The position numbers and the translations under genes were made by a program. A stretch of 43,540 bases of DNA. Origin: Utricularia gibba (Eukaryota; Plantae; Magnoliophyta). The DNA lies in assembly GCA_002189035.1 (NCBI GenBank), contig NEEC01000085.1, positions 1 to 43,540 on the forward strand, written 5' to 3'. Shown here piece by piece: positions 35,815 to 43,540 of the stretch (its first letter is position 1; each line of letters starts with the position of its first letter). Under the pieces are notes generated by a model. The model was not told the DNA's origin. It did no database searches and saw only the letters and a list, made by a program, of their open reading frames with translations.

Positions 35815-38800
35815 AAATGCATCACTTTTTTGGCCGGGCTACAAATGACTATGGGCCAGAGCGCGACTCGACCATTTGCTCGATACTAGTGCCAGCCTAG
35901 AGCGCCTCCTCAAATATAAATCAGGTTGTTGAGAAAACCATTTGGGGTGCTCATGACATCCTAACTTCAAAAAATGCATCACGATTTTCATCGAGTAGCA
36001 CCCGATTGGGCTCAGGAGCCAGACCGAACCTTGGGCCCTTACAAAGCTGCCAACGACAGCACCCGCCTTAAAATGGCAAGCTATTGCTTGAAAAACCATT
36101 CAGGCAGCCGCCGAAAACCCAACGTTGATAAATGCATCACTTATTTTCCGGGCTACAACTGACTATGGGCCATAGCCCGACCCGACCTCTGGCCCAATCC
36201 CGAAACCCCCCAAGAGCGCCTTCTGAAATATAAAGTAGAGTGTTGAGAAAACCCGTTGGGGTTCTCATGACATCCTAACTAAAGCAAATGCATTACGATT
36301 TCGTCGAGTACGACCCGATTGGGCTTAGTAGCCAGACCGAATCTCGGGCCCTGACAAAGCTCCCAACTACAGCACCCACCTTAAAACGGCAAGCTGTTGC
36401 TTGAAAAACCATTTAGGCAGCCGCCGAAAACCCATCGTTGATAAATGCATCACTTATTTTCCGGGCTACAACTGACTATTGGCCTGAGCCCGACCCGACC
36501 TCTGGCCCAATCCCGAAACCCTCCGAGGGCGCCTTCTCAAATATATAGCAGAGTGTTGAGAAAACCCATTGGGGTTCTCATGACATCCTAACTACATCAA
36601 ATGCGTTACGATTTTCGTCGAGTGCGACCCGATTGGGCTTAGTAGCCAGACCGAATCTCGGGCCGGACAAAGCTCCCAACGACAGCACCCGACTTTAAAT
36701 GGCAAGCTATTGCTTGAAAACCATGTGGGCAGCCGCCGACAACCCAACGTTAATAAATGCATCACTTCTTTTGCCGGGCTACAGCTGACTTGGGCTCAAG
36801 CCCGACCCGAATCCGGCCCGATCTCGGTGACCCACAAAAGCGCCTTGTCAAGTGTAAAGCTGTTGAAAAAACCATTTGGGGTGGTCATGAGATCCTAACT
36901 TCAATAAAGGTGTCACGATTTCGTCGAATGGATCGGATTGTGCTGTGAAGTCAGACCGACCTTGGGTCCGGACGAAGTTCCCAACAACAGCACCCGCAAA
37001 AAAACGACAACTTTTCCTCGAAAAAAGCATGTAGGCAGCCGCCGAAAACCCAACGTTAATAAATGCATCACTTTTTTGGCCGGGCTACAAATGACTATGG
37101 GCCAGAGCGCGACTCGACCATTTGCTCGATACTAGTGCCAGCCTAGAGCGCCTCCTCAAATATAAATCAGGTTGTTGAGAAAACCATTTGGGGTGCTCAT
37201 GACATCCTAACTTCAAAAAATGCATCACGATTTTCATCGAGTAGCACCCGATTGGGCTCAGGAGCCAGACCGAACCTTGGGCCCTTACAAAGCTGCCAAC
37301 GACAGCACCCGCCTTAAAATGGCAAGCTATTGCTTGAAAAACCATTCAGGCAGCCGCCGAAAACCCAACGTTGATAAATGCATCACTTATTTTCCGGGCT
37401 ACAACTGACTATGGGCCATAGCCCGACCCGACCTCTGGCCCAATCCCGAAACCCCCCAAGAGCGCCTTCTGAAATATAAAGTAGAGTGTTGAGAAAACCC
37501 GTTGGGGTTCTCATGACATCCTAACTAAAGCAAATGCATTACGATTTCGTCGAGTACGACCCGATTGGGCTTAGTAGCCAGACCGAATCTCGGGCCCTGA
37601 CAAAGCTCCCAACTACAGCACCCACCTTAAAACGGCAAGCTGTTGCTTGAAAAACCATTTAGGCAGCCGCCGAAAACCCATCGTTGATAAATGCATCACT
37701 TATTTTCCGGGCTACAACTGACTATTGGCCTGAGCCCGACCCGACCTCTGGCCCAATCCCGAAACCCTCCGAGGGCGCCTTCTCAAATATATAGCAGAGT
37801 GTTGAGAAAACCCATTGGGGTTCTCATGACATCCTAACTACATCAAATGCGTTACGATTTTCGTCGAGTGCGACCCGATTGGGCTTAGTAGCCAGACCGA
37901 ATCTCGGGCCGGACAAAGCTCCCAACGACAGCACCCGCCTTTAAATGGCAAGCTATTGCTTGAAAACCATGTGGGCAGCCGCCGACAACCCAACGTTAAT
38001 AAATGCATCACTTCTTTTGCCGGGCTACAGCTGACTTTGGGCTCAAGCCCGACCCGAATCCGGCCCGATCTCGGTGACCCACAAAAGCGCCTTGTCAAGT
38101 GTAAAGCATGCTGTTGAAAAAACCATTTGGGGTGGTCATGAGATCCTAACTTCAATAAAGGCATCACGATTTACGTCGAATGGGATCGGATTGTGCTGTG
38201 AAGTCAGACCGACCTTGGGTCCGGACGAAGTTCCCAACAACAGCACCCGCAAAAAAACGACAACTTTTCCTCGAAAAAAGCATGTAGGCAGCCGCCGAAA
38301 ACCCAACGTTAATAAATGCATCACTTTTTTGGCCGGGCTACAAATGACTATGGGCCAGAGCGCGACTCGACCATTTGCTCGATACTAGTGCCAGCCTAGA
38401 GCGCCTCCTCAAATATAAATCAGGTTGTTGAGAAAACCATTTGGGGTGCTCATGACATCCTAACTTCAAAAAATGCATCACGATTTTCATCGAGTAGCAC
38501 CCGATTGGGCTCAGGAGCCAGACCGAACCTTGGGCCCTTACAAAGCTGCCAACGACAGCACCCGCCTTAAAATGGCAAGCTATTGCTTGAAAAACCATTC
38601 AGGCAGCCGCCGAAAACCCAACGTTGATAAATGCATCACTTTTTTCGGGCTACTGACTATGGGCCATAGCCCGACCCGACCTCTGGCCCAATCCCGAAAC
38701 CCCCAAGAGCGCCTTCTGAAATATAAAGTAGAGTGTTGAGAAAACCCGTTGGGGTTCTCATGACATCCTAACTAAAGCAAATGCATTACGATTTCGTCGA

Positions 38801-41800
38801 GTACGACCCGATTGGGCTTAGTAGCCAGACCGAATCTCGGGCCCTGACAAAGCTCCCAACTACAGCACCCACCTTAAAACGGCAAGCTGTTGCTTGAAAA
38901 ACCATTTAGGCAGCCGCCGAAAACCCATCGTTGATAAATGCATCACTTATTTTCCGGGCTACAACTGACTATTGGCCTGAGCCCGACCCGACCTCTGGCC
39001 CAATCCCGAAACCCTCCGAGGGCGCCTTCTCAAATATATAGCAGAGTGTTGAGAAAACCCATTGGGTTCTCATGACATCCTAACTACATCAAATGCGTTA
39101 CGATTTTCGTCGAGTGCGACCCGATTGGGCTTAGTAGCCAGACCGAATCTCGGGCCGGACAAAGCTCCCAACGACAGCACCCGACTTTAAATGGCAAGCT
39201 ATTGCTTGAAAACCATGTGGGCAGCCGCCGACAACCCAACGTTAATAAATGCATCACTTCTTTTGCCGGGCTACAGCTGACTTTGGGCTCAAGCCCGACC
39301 CGAATCCGGCCCGATCTCGGTGACCCACAAAAGCGCCTTGTCAAGTGTAAAGCATGCTGTTGAAAAAACCATTTGGGGTGGTCATGAGATCCTAACTTCA
39401 ATAAAGGCATCACGATTTTCGTCGAATGGGATCGGATTGTGCTGTGAAGTCAGACCGACTTGGGTCCGGACGAAGTTCCCAACAACAGCACCCGCAAAAA
39501 AACGACAACTTTTCCTCGAAAAAAGCATGTAGGCAGCCGCCGAAAACCCAACGTTAATAAATGCATCACTTTTTTGGCCGGGCTACAAATGACTATGGGC
39601 CAGAGCGCGACTCGACCATTTGCTCGATACTAGTGCCAGCCTAGAGCGCCTCCTCAAATATAAATCAGGTTGTTGAGAAAACCATTTGGGGTGCTCATGA
39701 CATCCTAACTTCAAAAAATGCATCACGATTTTCATCGAGTAGCACCCGATTGGGCTCAGGAGCCAGACCGAACCTTGGGCCCTTACAAAGCTGCCAACGA
39801 CAGCACCCGCCTTAAAATGGCAAGCTATTGCTTGAAAAACCATTCAGGCAGCCGCCGAAAACCCAACGTTGATAAATGCATCACTTATTTTCCGGGCTAC
39901 AACTGACTATGGGCCATAGCCCGACCCGACCTCTGGCCCAATCCCGAAACCCCCCAAGAGCGCCTTCTGAAATATAAAGTAGAGTGTTGAGAAAACCCGT
40001 TGGGGTTCTCATGACATCCTAACTAAAGCAAATGCATTACGATTTCGTCGAGTACGACCCGATTGGGCTTAGTAGCCAGACCGAATCTCGGGCCCTGACA
40101 AAGCTCCCAACTACAGCACCCACCTTAAAACGGCAAGCTGTTGCTTGAAAAACCATTTAGGCAGCCGCCGAAAACCCATCGTTGATAAATGCATCACTTA
40201 TTTTCCGGGCTACAACTGACTATTGGCCTGAGCCCGACCCGACCTCTGGCCCAATCCCGAAACCCTCCGAGGGCGCCTTCTCAAATATATAGCAGAGTGT
40301 TGAGAAAACCCATTGGGGTTCTCATGACATCCTAACTACATCAAATGCGTTACGATTTTCGTCGAGTGCGACCCGATTGGGCTTAGTAGCCAGACCGAAT
40401 CTCGGCCGGACAAAGCTCCCAACGACAGCACCCGACTTTAAATGGCAAGCTATTGCTTGAAAAACCATGTGGGCAGCCGCCGACAACCCAACGTTAATAA
40501 ATGCATCACTTCTTTTGCCGGGCTACAGCTGACTTGGGCTCAAGCCCGACCCGAATCCGGCCCGATCTCGGTGACCCACAAAAGCGCCTTGTCAAGTGTA
40601 AAGCATGCTGTTGAAAAAACCATTTGGGGTGGTCATGAGATCCTAACTTCAATAAAGGTCACGATTTCGTCGAATGGGATCGGATTGTGCTGTGAAGTCA
40701 GACCGAACCTTGGGTCCGGACGAAGTTCCCAACAACAGCACCCGCAAAAAAACGACAACTTTTCCTCGAAAAAAGCATGTAGGCAGCCGCCGAAAACCCA
40801 ACGTTAATAAATGCATCACTTTTTTTGGCCGGGCTACAAATGACTATGGGCCAGAGCGCGACTCGACCATTTGCTCGATACTAGTGCCAGCCTAGAGCGC
40901 CTCCTCAAATATAAATCAGGTTGTTGAGAAAACCATTTGGGGTGCTCATGACATCCTAACTTCAAAAAATGCATCACGATTTTCATCGAGTAGCACCCGA
41001 TTGGGCTCAGGAGCCAGACCGAACCTTGGGCCCTTACAAAGCTGCCAACGACAGCACCCGCCTTAAAATGGCAAGCTATTGCTTGAAAAACCATTCAGGC
41101 AGCCGCCGAAAACCCAACGTTGATAAATGCATCACTTATTTTCCGGGCTACAACTGACTATGGGCCATAGCCCGACCCGACCTCTGGCCCAATCCCGAAA
41201 CCCCCAAGAGCGCCTTCTGAAATATAAAGTAGAGTGTTGAGAAAACCCGTTGGGTTCTCATGACATCCTAACTAAAGCAAATGCATTACGATTTCGTCGA
41301 GTACGACCCGATTGGGCTTAGTAGCCAGACCGAATCTCGGGCCCTGACAAAGCTCCCAACTACAGCACCCACCTTAAAACGGCAAGCTGTTGCTTGAAAA
41401 ACCATTTAGGCAGCCGCCGAAAACCCATCGTTGATAAATGCATCACTTATTTTCCGGGCTACAACTGACTATTGGCCTGAGCCCGACCCGACCTCTGGCC
41501 CAATCCCGAAACCCTCCGAGGGCGCCTTCTCAAATATATAGCAGAGTGTTGAGAAAACCCATTGGGGTTCTCATGACATCCTAACTACATCAAATGCGTT
41601 ACGATTTTCGTCGAGTGCGACCCGATTGGGCTTAGTAGCCAGACCGAATCTCGGGCCGGACAAAGCTCCCAACGACAGCACCCGCCTTTAAATGGCAAGC
41701 TGTTGCTTGAAAAACCATGTGGGCAGCCGCCGACAACCCAACGTTAATAAATGCATCACTTCTTTTGCCGGGCTACAGCTGACTTTGGGCTCAAGCCCGA

Positions 41801-43540
41801 CCCGAATCCGGCCCGATCTCGGTGACCCACAAAAGCGCCTTGTCAAGTGTAAAGCATGCTGAAAAACCATTTGGGGTGGTCATGAGATCCTAACTTCAAT
41901 AAAGGCATCACGATTTTCGTCGAATGGGATCGGATTGTGCTGTGAAGTCAGACCGACCTTGGGTCCGGACGAAGTTCCCAACAACAGCACCCGCAAAAAA
42001 ACGACAACTTTTCCTCGAAAAAAGCATGTAGGCAGCCGCCGAAAACCCAACGTTAATAAATGCATCACTTTTTTGGCCGGGCTACAAATGACTATGGGCC
42101 AGAGCGCGACTCGACCATTTGCTCGATACTAGTGCCAGCCTAGAGCGCCTCCTCAAATATAAATCAGGTTGTTGAGAAAACCATTTGGGGTGCTCATGAC
42201 ATCCTAACTTCAAAAAATGCATCACGATTTTCATCGAGTAGCACCCGATTGGGCTCAGGAGCCAGACCGAACCTTGGGCCCTTACAAAGCTGCCAACGAC
42301 AGCACCCGCCTTAAAATGGCAAGCTATTGCTTGAAAAACCATTCAGGCAGCCGCCGAAAACCCAACGTTGATAAATGCATCACTTATTTTCCGGGCTACA
42401 ACTGACTATGGGCCATAGCCCGACCCGACCTCTGGCCCAATCCCGAAACCCCCAAGAGCGCCTTCTGAAATATAAAGTAGAGTGTTGAGAAAACCCGTTG
42501 GGGTTCTCATGACATCCTAACTAAAGCAAATGCATTACGATTTCGTCGAGTACGACCCGATTGGGCTTAGTAGCCAGACCGAATCTCGGGCCCTGACAAA
42601 GCTCCCAACTACAGCACCCACCTTAAAACGGCAAGCTGTTGCTTGAAAAACCATTTAGGCAGCCGCCGAAAACCCATCGTTGATAAATGCATCACTTATT
42701 TTCCGGGCTACAACTGACTATTGGCCTGAGCCCGACCCGACCTCTGGCCCAATCCCGAAACCCTCCGAGGGCGCCTTCTCAAATATATAGCAGAGTGTTG
42801 AGAAAACCCATTGGGGTTCTCATGACATCCTAACTACATCAAATGCGTTACGATTTTCGTCGAGTGCGACCCGATTGGGCTTAGTAGCCAGACCGAATCT
42901 CGGGCCGGACAAAGCTCCCAACGACAGCACCCGACTTTAAATGGCAAGCTATTGCTTGAAAACCATGTGGGCAGCCGCCGACAACCCAACGTTAATAAAT
43001 GCATCACTTCTTTTGCCGGGCTACAGCTGACTTTGGGCTCAAGCCCGACCCGAATCCGGCCCGATCTCGGTGACCCACAAAAGCGCCTTGTCAAGTGTAA
43101 AGCATGCTGTTGAAAAAACCATTTGGGGTGGTCATGAGATCCTAACTTCAATAAAGGTCACGATTTCGTCGAATGGGATCGGATTGTGCTGTGAAGTCAG
43201 ACCGAACCTTGGGTCCGGACGAAGTTCCCAACAACAGCACCCGCAAAAAAACGACAACTTTTCCTCGAAAAAAGCATGTAGGCAGCCGCCGAAAACCCAA
43301 CGTTAATAAATGCATCACTTTTTTGGCCGGGCTACAAATGACTATGGGCCAGAGCGCGACTCGACCATTTGCTCGATACTAGTGCCAGCCTAGAGCGCCT
43401 CCTCAAATATAAATCAGGTTGTTGAGAAAACCATTTGGGTGCTCATGACATCCTAACTTCAAAAAATGCATCACGATTTTCATCGAGTAGCACCCGATTG
43501 GGCTCAGGAGCCAGACCGAACCTTGGCCCTTACAAAGCTG

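Larger units (their letters stand above)
1..43540 (+). repeat. Satellite DNA array with higher-order repeat structure: ~35 copies of a ~1,254-bp 4-monomer HOR (~139 monomers of ~313 bp), all in one orientation
   Basis: The same sequence recurs with 1,254/1,255-bp period, e.g. the C-monomer ORF marker at 3060, 4314, 5568, 6823, 8078, 9332, 10586, 11841. The anchor AAATGCATCACTT recurs every 312-315 bp. I saw no inversion or unrelated block apart from short scrambled patches. Confidence 0.99.

Noticed and set aside
1091-42460. Super-HOR encoded by the C5/C6 run in D
   Set aside because: I read 17 C6 and 15 C5 copies in 16 runs, against ~17 expected for random order. There is no periodicity, which fits homopolymer noise or unstructured polymorphism.
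279-43382. All ORFs in the six-frame track (60-147 aa; e.g. MHHDFHRV..., MVFQAIAC..., MTHKSALS..., MGSDCAVK...)
   Set aside because: They are short, overlap on both strands and recur only because the DNA repeats. I recognise no domain. They are freely fused or broken by 1-bp indels, and the shared peptide GSRRKPNVxKCIT just reflects the conserved 40-bp box.

Overview
The whole 43,540-bp window is one head-to-tail, single-orientation satellite DNA array (about 51% GC). I find no supportable gene, RNA gene, mobile element or CRISPR array. The array has three nested periods: a ~157-bp ancestral unit (155-158 bp), a ~313-bp monomer made of two such halves, and a 1,254/1,255-bp higher-order repeat (HOR) of four monomer types that I label A (313 bp), B (314), C (315) and D (312/313). 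About 35 HOR copies are present and are nearly identical to each other, while monomer types differ by roughly 9-25% (hand counts). This is the architecture typical of eukaryotic centromeric or pericentromeric satellites; the organism and family cannot be named from the sequence alone. All listed ORFs are short chance frames that recur with the HOR. Departures from the HOR are two 939-bp 3-mer units, a left-to-right shift in diagnostic alleles, a recurrent deletion site in monomer A, and five scrambled patches (17.6, 20.1-20.5, 23.6-23.8, 29.1-29.3 and 33.2 kb). Many irregularities look like consensus errors from a collapsed long-read assembly rather than biology. I do not see a new protein-coding system; the interest is in repeat architecture and evolution.
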